This document shows positions 1 to 9,169 of a DNA stretch of 64,000 bases, one piece after another. Numbering within the stretch: position 1 is the stretch's first letter; every line of letters starts with the position of its first letter. The notes under the pieces were generated by a model. It was given only the letters and a program-made list of their open reading frames with translations, was not told where the DNA came from and ran no database searches. The DNA comes from Planctomycetota bacterium (GTDB lineage Bacteria > Planctomycetota > B143-G9): assembly GCA_034521065.1 (NCBI GenBank), contig JAXHMW010000020.1, positions 196,986-260,985 of the forward strand, in the 5' to 3' direction. The translations under genes and the position numbers were made by a program.

Positions 1-213
1 TTTCGAAGTACCGTTCAGATGTTATCGAAATGTTGAACTCGCAAGAAGCATACCATGTTCACAGGCGTCAAAAACTAAAATGGGCGAGCAACGAGTTCGC
101 TGCAATGTCCGACGATAAGATGGCGGGGCAATGTGCTTTTCCCTTGCAAACTCGGCCCCAACTGCTTATACATAAGTAGATTCTCACCCGTCTTTTTCAA
201 TCTCGGAGGAACC

Positions 214-970
214 GTGAAGCAAACCCTGATACTTGCAGTGCTTATCGTGTCGCTGGCTTTCCTTGCAGGCTGTGGCGAGAGATATCGGAAGAACCGGAGA
301 CCTCTTCCGAAGTCGCGTCCCGCGGCAAGTTCGTGGCCGGACTCGGCCAGTTGCGCGAGGCATCTTTTACTGAAAACGGTCAACTGCACGAACGAGAAAA
401 TCTTCAGCAAGTTGCTCATCGTACCGCCACGAGACCTGACTCTCGGAGCTAACGCCATGATGGCTCTGGCCGTATCCGAACTCGCCTCCATGCGCCTGTT
501 CCGCGGCCAGGTTGTGTTGGGGGTCACCGTCGAACAGGAGACGGCGAGAAAATACGCCAACAGGGCTATACAGGCTAATCCCTCGCTCGCCCTAACGCGC
601 GATTCACTCCATAGTTCATACGAGGCTCGGGGAGTACGAGGTCGCGAAAGACAGTATGAAGGCCGCTCGCTCCAAAGGACGCGACGACGTTTTCTACTTC
701 ATCGCAAAGGGCGATTACCTGTTCTCGGTTCCGGAAGAAAAGCCCGCCGAGAAGGCAGAGAACGTCATTGACGCCATCGAGCTGTACACCTCGGCAATCG
801 AGACGGGCGAACGCATCGGAATACCCTACATGCGTCTGCTTGACGCATTCGAGTACATAGACGATGCCCGCGGCATCCAGCAGACCGCTAAACTTCTGAA
901 GGACATGGGTTACGACCTGCCTTCAGCACGTGCGGCGAAGTACCGTGCGGCAGGCATCGAGCTTCCCTGA
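214..970 (+). CDS. putative lipoprotein with helical/TPR-like C-terminal part; reading frame broken about three times
   Basis: GGAGG lies 5 nt upstream of GTG 214. The N-terminus VKQTLILAVLIVSLAFLAGC is a signal peptide plus lipobox. The protein-like translation then changes frame near 279, 440-452 and 630-655 and finishes in track ORF 656..970. The off-frame stretches are Arg-rich junk. Confidence 0.35.
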
Positions 971-1015
971 ATCCGTCGATGTGCGAAAAACAACACTTTG
1001 TCGTAGAATATTTGT

Positions 1016-1211
1016 ATGACTGAACAGCAAAGCGGGGGCAAGTGCCCCATATGCAACAGCTCCAACAAGGAGCTTTAGGGCAAGCCCGGCCCTTACTTCC
1101 CCTTTTGCTCGAAGGTGCAAGTTGGTTGACCTCGCCAACTGGCTGCAGGGCTCGTACACGCTTGATTCCGATTCCGGCTCGGTGGACAATACAGAAGATC
1201 AGGGCGATTGA
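1016..1211 (+). pseudogene. yacG: YacG-like zinc-ribbon protein (DNA gyrase inhibitor family), interrupted by in-frame TAG and one frame change
   Basis: From ATG 1016 the translation reads MTEQQSGGKCPICNSSNKEL, then TAG at 1076..1078, then GKPGPYFPFCSK. A +1 shift near 1115 gives CKLVDLANWLQGSYTLDSDSG..., ending at TGA 1209..1211. The pattern CPxC...PFCSxxCxxxDLxxW matches the YacG signature. Confidence 0.5.
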
Positions 1212-1213
1212 GA

Positions 1214-2870
1214 ATGGACTACCGTCCTCTGACTAAGACAGAATGCGAGCCCTACCTGAATGAGCTCGCGGCGTGGCTTGCAGCGCGTTCGAGCGGGACG
1301 CCGAAGGATTTATTAAAAGAGGTTAAGAATGTGTATCTTGAACAGGGTTTCGTGTCACAGGCGCGGATATCCATACTCTCCGAAGAGCGCGAGACGGTTG
1401 ACAAGAACTCCCGCAAGGCGCCCGACCTTCCGCCCGAGCAGGTCATCACAAAGGCCGAACTCGAAAAGGAGCTTCCTGCTCCGGAAGAGTTCCGCACTCA
1501 GAAGCTCACCTACCTTTTGTCCGACACGCTCGAGGAGGAGCAATGCGCCGAATGTGACGGCAAGGGCATTTTCGACTGTGACTTGTGCGAGGGCGCGGGC
1601 AAGAAGACCTGCCCCGCTTGTGGCGGAAGCGGCGACTGTCCGGAATGCCACGGCAGCAAGACGATTGAATGCAAGAGTTGCGGCGGACGCGGCAGCGACC
1701 CCTGCACTCACTGCAACGGCAAGGGTTGGATCAAAGAGGGCATGGAAAAGATACGTTGCCCAAAGTGCATTAACGGCCGCAATGTCTGCGACCACTGCGG
1801 CGGACGTGGGAAGCTGGAGTGCGAAAAGTGCTTTGGCCGCGGCAGCCGCACCGAATGAGGGAAGCGGCAAGCTGAAGTGCGAGGCCTGCTACGGCCGGGG
1901 CATACGAGTATGCGATGCCTGCGGCGGAGAAGGGAAGTGGAAGACCTACACCCTTTTGCAACGGTCTTTCACGGCCCGGCAATTTGATTGCTTCGACCGC
2001 GGCGACGAGATGCCTCCCCACATTCAGGCATCAGCTTCGGCAGCACTGCACAACGCGCGATTCGACTTCGATAACAGTTTCCGTGTCGGCATGACGCCAG
2101 ACCTGCGCGCGATAGAAGAGCCGATCCGCTCATTCGCAAAAAGGGCGTTTGAGGAACTTCGCACTTATGTCTGCGAAGAGACCGACCACATGTACCGTTT
2201 CACGATTCGGTCAGTGCCGGTCACAACGATATTCTTCACCTTCGACGGCAGGCACTACAGCGGCTATTTCGTGGGCGATGACAAGGCCTTTTTCTGCGAT
2301 GAGGCTCCCGACCCGGTTCAGCATCAACACCAGAGCACTCTCAACCGCGCACAGCTCTCGCTCGACGAGGGGGACCCCAAGGGCGCATACGCAACACTGA
2401 TGAAGACGATGGAGCACGCGGTCGCCGTTCCGCAGATCAGCAGAGAATACCGCAAGCTGCTGTGTGCCGCTATGGAAGAAGCTCGCAAGGCGTTCGAGAC
2501 CTCCGGGTTCACGCTCGCACTCGTACTCGCAATCGTGCTGCCTACCTGGTTATCGTTCACGGGACACGTGTTCGGCACGGCTGCCTCGCTCGCAGCGGTC
2601 GTGATGCCGGTGCTAATAAGCCGCGTTCTCGGCACACGCATATGCTTATGCCCACCGCGTGCGGGGCTTTTGATATCCGTTGTCGGTGTGCTGCTCGCTT
2701 CCGGGCTTTCCTGGCTGATGTCGCCGCTGTACGCCTTTCCTCTGGGGCTCGCGGCGGTAGCACTCACCGGTGCTATCGGTACGTTCTACATTTTCACGCG
2801 CCTGACGACCGTCTCGCCTATCGAATCGAACATTCTGCGCCTGTGCATGAGGGGCGAGGAAAGATCCTGA
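1214..2870 (+). CDS. membrane protein with an array of 11 CxxC (mostly CxxCxGxG, DnaJ-type) zinc-finger motifs
   Basis: Track ORFs 1208..1858 and 1329..2870 join through a frame change near 1838-1860. The CxxC motifs are CAEC, CDLC, CPAC, CPEC, CKSC, CTHC, CPKC, CDHC, CEKC, CEAC and CDAC. They are followed by an unknown domain of about 200 aa and four hydrophobic C-terminal helices. Confidence 0.6.
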
Positions 2871-3047
2871 GCATTCCTCACAGGCCGACTTCGACCCGCC
2901 CGTTCGCCGAAGCTCGCACCAACTCGATTACCCGTCCATCCCCGCATTCGAAGCGTCCGTCATCCCGAACTCCATCAGGAAGCCGGTGCCGTTGACGAAC
3001 GTGTCAACAGAGTACCTCGAAAATGTAACTTCATGCCAGCCGGGCTC

Positions 3048-3791
3048 TCAGAGCCTTGTCCCTATCCTCGAATTATACGAGTGCTTGACTGCCTTTGTGA
3101 ATTCACCGAAAAGGGTCTCGCGGTGGTTCTCATCGGGGTGACGTTCCGGATGCCATTGCATGAACATACCGAACCCGCGCATCTTGCGTTCAATGGCCTC
3201 GACGGTACCGTCCGGCGCGACTCCGGTAATCTGGAACACGTCCGGGACTGAGTCCGCATCGACAGCCTGGTGATGGGCCGAGTTGACCTCGAAGTTATCC
3301 GCCAATACCGCCGACAGCTTTCCCGTGGCCAGCTTCAACTCGTGCATTACATCGGAACAACCATCCTCCGAGCGGTGCATGTAATCAGGGTCGTCGAGAT
3401 GAGGAACTATGGAACCTCCCATGGCGAGGGAAGCAAGTTGAATGCCCTGGCAGATTCCAAGCATCGGCTTGTTGGTCTGCCACGCGAGCCTGAACAGAAC
3501 CACATCGTTCCTGGAGCGCTCCGCGGTAACGGGGTTCTCGTGCTCCGTTTCGGGGAAACCGAAGTAGTCGGCGGGATAATCGCGTCCTCCGATGAACATG
3601 AATCCGTCCGCCATGTCCACGAGACTCTTCAGCAGTCCTTCCGGATATTGGGTTGGCAGAGCTGCAAGCACGATAATGCCGTGCCTCGCGAAGATATCGC
3701 AATAGGAGACCGGCGAGGTATAGGTGGATTTGTACCAGCAGTCCGGGTTGATCTCGTGGTCGAAGTTTACCAGCACCTTTGGAAAGTCCAT
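3048..3791 (-). CDS. class I glutamine amidotransferase / peptidase C26 (PuuD-like gamma-glutamyl hydrolase family)
   Basis: Intact 247-aa ORF with the nucleophile elbow LGICQGIQL and the SAHHQAV and WHPE motifs. Confidence 0.8.
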   Translation of the reverse strand: MDFPKVLVNFDHEINPDCWYKSTYTSPVSYCDIFARHGIIVLAALPTQYPEGLLKSLVDMADGFMFIGGRDYPADYFGFPETEHENPVTAERSRNDVVLFRLAWQTNKPMLGICQGIQLASLAMGGSIVPHLDDPDYMHRSEDGCSDVMHELKLATGKLSAVLADNFEVNSAHHQAVDADSVPDVFQITGVAPDGTVEAIERKMRGFGMFMQWHPERHPDENHRETLFGEFTKAVKHSYNSRIGTRL

Positions 3792-3792
3792 G

Positions 3793-4278
3793 TCACTCCC
3801 TTTTGTTTCTCAGTGATGAAAAGAACTCGGCGAGCAGTTCGGCGCACTCGGCTTCCATGACCGGCGCGACCGTCTCTACGGTACCGCCAAGACGTTTGTC
3901 GGAGGTAATTTTCAGAACGCTTTCGCACGCGCCCATTACCGGGTCGTACGCGCCGAAAATGACACGGGCGATTCTCGCCTGCTGTATCGCCGACGCACAC
4001 ATCGGACAAGGTTCAAGGGTGACGTACAACTCGCAGCCGTTCAAACGCCAGTCTCTGAAACCCTCCGCAGCAGCCGTGATAGCTATCATCTCCGCATGAG
4101 CGGTGGGGTCTTTGAGAAGCTCGCGCTGGTTGTGGCCCTTCGAGACCACCATTCCGTCCTTCACCACGACAGCTCCGACCGGCACATCGCCCGCATCGAG
4201 CGCTGCACGGGCCTCCGCAATCGCCATTCTCATAAAGCGCCTGTGCTTCTCATTAAGCCCCTTCTTGCCCTGTTTCAC
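3793..4278 (-). CDS. tadA: tRNA adenosine(34) deaminase
   Basis: Deaminase zinc motifs HAEMIAI and PCPMCASAI. The GTG start overlaps the upstream stop (GTGA). Confidence 0.9.
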   Translation of the reverse strand: MKQGKKGLNEKHRRFMRMAIAEARAALDAGDVPVGAVVVKDGMVVSKGHNQRELLKDPTAHAEMIAITAAAEGFRDWRLNGCELYVTLEPCPMCASAIQQARIARVIFGAYDPVMGACESVLKITSDKRLGGTVETVAPVMEAECAELLAEFFSSLRNKRE

Positions 4279-5347
4279 AGCAGTGACTCCCTTGCCAGTT
4301 CGATGTGGCTCAACGCCTCCGCAACCGCGTCCTTTCTCAGTGCGGCCTGAGAGCTTCGAAGATGTTCTCTGGCCGCCCTGCCGAAGGGAATGCGTTCCTT
4401 GACAGTACCGCTTTCAGGCGGCAGGCCGAGAGCGTCCGCTATCCTCGCAAGCAGTGCGGACAGATTGTCGCCCTCCTTCGCGCTTACGACTACGTCGAAG
4501 CCGGTCCGGCGCAGTTCATCGCACAGGTCGCTCTTATTTCCCACAACTATCCCGGCTGAGGAAGTCGAGGGCGGCCCTTCGCATTCGTCCAGCGCGTAAA
4601 CGTGCACGGTAAGGTCGGCCCCGCGGAGCAACGCACCCGCCGCAGGCATCACCAGTCCCTCCCACTCGTCACCGGCCCCGCTGCCGGGGGAGTCCCACAA
4701 CTCCACCGCGAAGCCGTTCAGTTCGAACGTTTCCGAAACCACATCCCGTGTAGTTCCGAGTTCGTGTGAGGAGATAACACGGTCGTAACCCACAATGGCG
4801 TTGAAGAGCGTACTCTTGCCCGCGTTAGTCGGGCCGTTCAGCGCTACCACGGGGGGATTTTCGAGCCACCTTGCAAGACGTGAGTTGCGCAGTATGGCAG
4901 CGAGTTCGGACATCGCGGCCTGGTATACACCGCCCGAACGGTAGCCGAGTAATTGAGTGCAGAATTCCGCGAGCTTTCGGGGGTGTTGAGCGCTCGCAGC
5001 ACGGCCTCGCGCCGCGTTCGGGCACAGGCGAGGAACGAGGCCTCCTTGTAAGGGTCGGCAAACTCTTTTTCACGGAAACCGAGTTCACGAAGGTGTCGGC
5101 ACAGGGCCTCGACGACGACGCGCGAGGCGTGCAGGTGAAACTCGTAGCAGTCCTCGCGAGTTCTTGCAAGGACGCACCTGTCCACAACGTCCTCGCCGAT
5201 GACGAATCTGCCTGCCGCGGCCGAACCGCTGACGGGGGGCTCGGAGCCTTCAAACAGCGAACAGGCGACCCGCTGGGCGGACGGCCCACAGAGTGCGACC
5301 ACCGCGATACGATCTGCGTCCGCGTGAGGTCAGTACACTGAAAACAT
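4275..5347 (-). CDS. MnmE/TrmE-like GTPase, short and divergent; contains an in-frame TGA and one frame change
   Basis: The C-terminal half has G1 GPTNAGKS, G2 GTTRD, G3 DSPG and G4 NKSD. The N-terminal half (track ORF 4844..5302) resembles the MnmE N-domain. The frame change sits at a C-run near 4978-4985. ATG 5347 is in frame but followed by TGA at 5330..5332; the alternative start is GTG 5302. There is no C-terminal CxGK motif. Confidence 0.55.
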
Positions 5348-5356
5348 CGGCTCGGT

Positions 5357-6070
5357 TCAAAGCTTCTCCTGTGAAATATGACGCAGGCCGCAAAACACGA
5401 GGTCAGGTTTGTGTTCTATACCACAATCGGTGCTTTCGCACAACCATTTCGACCATCCGCCCCATGCGAAAAAGCGAGGTTTGTCAAGGACATTCCCGTA
5501 GGCGGCACATAGATGTTCGACTCCGGCCTTCAAAAACACACCGACTCCCTTGTTGACAGCCTCTCCGGTCGTTCGCCCTACAGGGTCGGCGGACGCCCGA
5601 CGGAGGACATCATCGCCCTGCAAGACGTCGCTTGCGCACTCCAGAAGCGACTGAACCTGGAGCCTCGGCCCGGGAACTATATTGCCACCTGTGAACTCGC
5701 CATCCTTGACAAGACCTGTTGCAAGAGCCGTGCCACAGCCGAAAACCGCCACATCGCCCCCTGCTTCGCGGTGCGCGGCGTAAGAGGCAACGAGCCTGTC
5801 CTCTCCCACCTGGGCAGGCCGGTGCGTCGCGTTAGCGATGGGCACCTCCATATCCTGCCCGAGAACGACAAGATGCTGGCCACATTCGTCTTTTAGGGCG
5901 CGACGCAAGCTCTCGACCACGGAGCAAAGGAGTATGACATCGGCATCGGGGAGAACGGGATTTTTAATCAGGTCTATTGTGGCAACCGTCCGCAGAGCCG
6001 AGTAAGGCTCGTCGGCAAAAAACCACTTTGCATTGCTGTTCCCGGCATCAACGAGGAGTATCCTTTTCAT
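5357..6070 (-). CDS. coaX: type III pantothenate kinase
   Basis: MKRILLVDAGNSNAKW phosphate-binding motif and the overall CoaX pattern. I moved the start to ATG 6070; the track ORF begins upstream at 6205. Confidence 0.85.
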   Translation of the reverse strand: MKRILLVDAGNSNAKWFFADEPYSALRTVATIDLIKNPVLPDADVILLCSVVESLRRALKDECGQHLVVLGQDMEVPIANATHRPAQVGEDRLVASYAAHREAGGDVAVFGCGTALATGLVKDGEFTGGNIVPGPRLQVQSLLECASDVLQGDDVLRRASADPVGRTTGEAVNKGVGVFLKAGVEHLCAAYGNVLDKPRFFAWGGWSKWLCESTDCGIEHKPDLVFCGLRHISQEKL

Positions 6071-6259
6071 AGGAGACGGATTATAGTAGTTTTGGCTTCT
6101 GACAATATCCATGCGCCGTTGCATAGCGTATAATAGAATGCGGACGTTTGGGCTTCGAGAAACGGAGAGAATCAATCCTGTCCGCAATATCAGACCACAA
6201 CACATAAGTCGTGCGCCCCTGAACCGAGGGGCGCCCTTGTTTTTTCAAAGGGAGAAGAC

Positions 6260-7198
6260 ATGTCGATCTTTTTCAAGATGCAGCAGGATGACGATGGCAA
6301 GAAAAAGGTGGTGGACTTCCTCTCACGCGAGTACGGAGGCGTGGGACTCAACGTTCTGGAGTTCATCCCTGAAAGCTCCATCCTCTGCGGTTGCAGACCT
6401 TCGAAGAAGGAAGAACTAATCCAGCTTCTCGCTTCCCGCATCGCACGGGCCGAGAAACCCGAAGCCGAGCAGGCAATCCTCGAGGCCGGATGAACTCGCG
6501 AGTCACTCGGCTCAACAGTCGTAGATGGCGGCGTTGCGTTCCCTCATGCCCGCACGGAAGACGTTTCCGCCCTTCACATAGGCGTTGCGGTTTGCAAAGA
6601 GGGCTTCGACTTCGGCGACGAGGGCAAGGTCAACGTGGTTTTCCTTCTCGTCTCCAACGACGAATTCGCGAGCCTCTACCTTCTTGCCCTTGCGGCGCTT
6701 GCGAAAGTCGTTCAGGACAAGGAGAAGCTGGCGAAGCTCGCCGAGGCCACCGAGCCGAGCGAGGTTCGAGAGATACTCGACAGCTTGCCTCTTCGCATGA
6801 AGGCGAAGATGACGGTGGAAGAGGTGATGAAGTGGCCCGAGGTCGTTCTCGACCCCGAGCATACACTGCAGAAGGTCAGCTACGCGTTGGAAGAGTCGAG
6901 AATCGACTGCGCGTTCGTGGTTGACGACAAGGGCATACTGATAGGCGAGATAAACGACCTGGATCTTCTGCGCATTACCGCAGCGGACGTTTTTTCGGGA
7001 GAGCACGAAAGAATACTGCTGACCAAGGACGCCATGCAGCGTAAAGTACCCTCTCTTTCGCCCGACCACAGCGTGGCCGAGGCGGCCATGCAGATGGTTG
7101 ACCAGCGCCGCAACCGCCTTCCTGTAGTTGACGGCGAAGGCAAGCTGCTGGGCGAAGTAGTCTGGAACGATCTGATAGGAAAGATGCTGACAAAATGA
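6260..7198 (+). CDS. PTS EIIA(Ntr)-like domain fused to a CBS pair; single in-frame TGA at 6491..6493
   Basis: GGGAG SD before ATG 6260. Track ORFs 6260..6493 and 6635..7198 are in the same frame. Translating across the TGA gives ...AILEAG*TRESLGSTVVDGGVAFPHARTEDV...FDFGDEGKVNVVFLLVSND, a PTS_EIIA_2 fold with the phospho-His motif. Two CBS motifs follow. Confidence 0.7.
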
Positions 7199-7737
7199 AC
7201 GACCCATCCAGAATGCACGGCACGACAATAATCGCGGTAAGAACTGACAAGGGCTCAGCCATCGGCGGCGACGGGCAGGTTTCCCTCGGAGAGACCATCA
7301 TGAAAGCCGGAGCCCGCAAGATACGCAAGCTCAACGAAGGACAGGTGACGGTGGGTTTCGCGGGCGCCACCGCGGATGCTTTCGCCCTGCTCGAACGTTT
7401 CGAGGGCAAGCTGCGCTCGACTTCGTCTTCCACCCTGCGCAGCGCCGTTGAACTGGCGAAGGACTGGAGGACGGACAGGGTACTGCAGAAGCTCAATGCG
7501 TTCCTCGTGGTTCTCGACAAGGAGCACTTGATACTTCTTTCCGGTAACGGAGACGTGATCGAACCCGATGACGGCATTCTCGCGGTCGGTTCCGGTGGCG
7601 GATACGCGCTCGCGGCAGCGCGTGCCATGGTCGCCTCCGGCCGTACGGACGCGAAGGAGATAGTTCGCGAATCACTCGAAATCGCCTCGCAGATATGCGT
7701 TTACACCAATGACAACATCTACGTTGAGGAAGTCTGA
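7195..7737 (+). CDS. hslV: ATP-dependent protease subunit HslV
   Basis: HGTTIIAV N-terminal Thr motif and GSGG. The ATGA start overlaps the upstream stop. Confidence 0.95.
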   Translation: MNDPSRMHGTTIIAVRTDKGSAIGGDGQVSLGETIMKAGARKIRKLNEGQVTVGFAGATADAFALLERFEGKLRSTSSSTLRSAVELAKDWRTDRVLQKLNAFLVVLDKEHLILLSGNGDVIEPDDGILAVGSGGGYALAAARAMVASGRTDAKEIVRESLEIASQICVYTNDNIYVEEV

Positions 7738-9095
7738 ATGAATGAATACACTCCCGCAGAACTGGTAGAACTTCTCGACCAGTACATAATCGGCCAGGAC
7801 AAGGCCAAGAAGGCAGTCGCGGTGGCGGCACGCAACCGCTGGCGGCGAATGCAGCCTCCTCCCAGATGAGGGAGGACATTACCCCTAAGAACATAATCAT
7901 GATCGGGCCGACCGGCGTCGGCAAGACCGAGATAGCACGGAGGCTCGCCTCTTCGATCAGGGCTCCGTTCATCAAGGTCGAGGCGTCGAAGTTCACAGAA
8001 GTGGGCTACGTAGGCAGAGACGTGGACTCCATGATCCGCGACCTCGTGAAGATATCCATCAGCATGGTGGAAAAGGAAGAAATGGAGAAGGTGAAGGACC
8101 GCGCCAAAGCAGCGGCGACCGACAAGCTTCTCGACATCCTTCTTCCCCGCCCCTCCCACTACGGAGAGGAGGACACAGGCTACGAGGAACGCCTGAAACG
8201 CTACGAGACCTCCCGTGCGAAGATACGCAAACAGCTCGAAGAGGGAGTTCTCGACGAGCGCGAGGTAGAGATAACCCAGACCCACCAGCCCGGCGGCAAC
8301 ATGGTGGAAGTTTTCTCCTCCAGTGGTCTGGACGAGATAAGCGGTGACATGGGAGAGATGCTCAACAAGATTCTGCCCGAACGCAAACAGACCATGAAAG
8401 CCCACGTCAGCGAGGCGAAGGAAATCCTGCTCCGCCAGGAAGCTGAGAAGCTCATAGACCAGAACAAGGTCGTCCAAGAGGCTATTCGGAGAACCGAGAA
8501 CTCCGGAATGATATTTCTTGACGAGATAGACAAGATTGCCGCTCGCAGCACCGACATGGGCTCGTCGAGTCCGGATGTCAGCCGGGAAGGCGTTCAGCGC
8601 GACCTTCTGCCCGTAATCGAGGGCACGACGGTCAACACTCGCTGGGGAATGGTTCGAACGGACCACATTCTATTTCTCGCGGCGGGTGCGTTCCACACGT
8701 CCCGCCCTTCGGACCTGATACCGGAACTGCAGGGTCGCTTTCCCATCCGTGTGGAACTCGACGCGCTTGACCGCGAGGCGTTCTTCCGCATACTCACAGA
8801 ACCCCGCAACGCGCTGCTGAAGCAGTACACGGCGTTGCTCGCGACTGAAGGTGTCACGCTGGACTTTTCGGAAAACGCTGTGCGCGAAATCGCCCAGATC
8901 GCCGAGACTCTCAACAGCAGCCTGCAGAACATCGGAGCGAGGCGGCTCCACACAGTTATGGAAAGGGTGCTGGAAGAGCTGAGCTTCGATGCTCCAACGA
9001 GGGGCGGCGAGAAGGTTAAGGTTGACGTTCGATACGTCAAGAGCATGCTGCGCGAGGTGCTCAAAGACGAGCACCTCTCGCACTACATACTCTGA
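7738..9095 (+). CDS. hslU: ATP-dependent protease ATPase subunit HslU (one frame change)
   Basis: [39 protein letters not shown] runs to a premature TGA. It continues in track ORF 7866..9095 ([23 protein letters not shown], Walker A). The shift lies within the CCTCCTCCC run at 7853-7865. Confidence 0.9.
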
Positions 9096-9113
9096 CACAC
9101 CACTTCGCAGCGC

Positions 9114-9151
9114 AAAAAAGAGCCCCGCCGTGGAGGCGGGGCTTTTTATTT
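9114..9151. terminator. bidirectional rho-independent terminator
   Basis: An A-run, the stem AGCCCCGCC / GGCGGGGCT with a 5-nt loop, then a T-run, between convergent hslU and the ppiD-like gene. Confidence 0.7.
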
Positions 9152-9169
9152 CTCAAGTGTTCGGGTCTG

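Noticed and set aside
75-560. 161-aa minus-strand ORF overlapping the putative lipoprotein gene at the window start.
   Set aside because: It has no SD, and its composition is typical of an off-frame or antisense read. The plus strand has a strong SD, a signal peptide and a lipobox.
5330-6493. The possibility that the in-frame TGA codons (5330-5332, 6491-6493) mean TGA is a sense codon (code 4 or 25) or selenocysteine.
   Set aside because: TGA clearly terminates tadA, hslV, groES, hydC, the EIIA::CBS gene itself and others at conserved C-termini. The genome is GC-rich. The host proteins are not selenoprotein families, and I see no SECIS-like hairpin immediately downstream.
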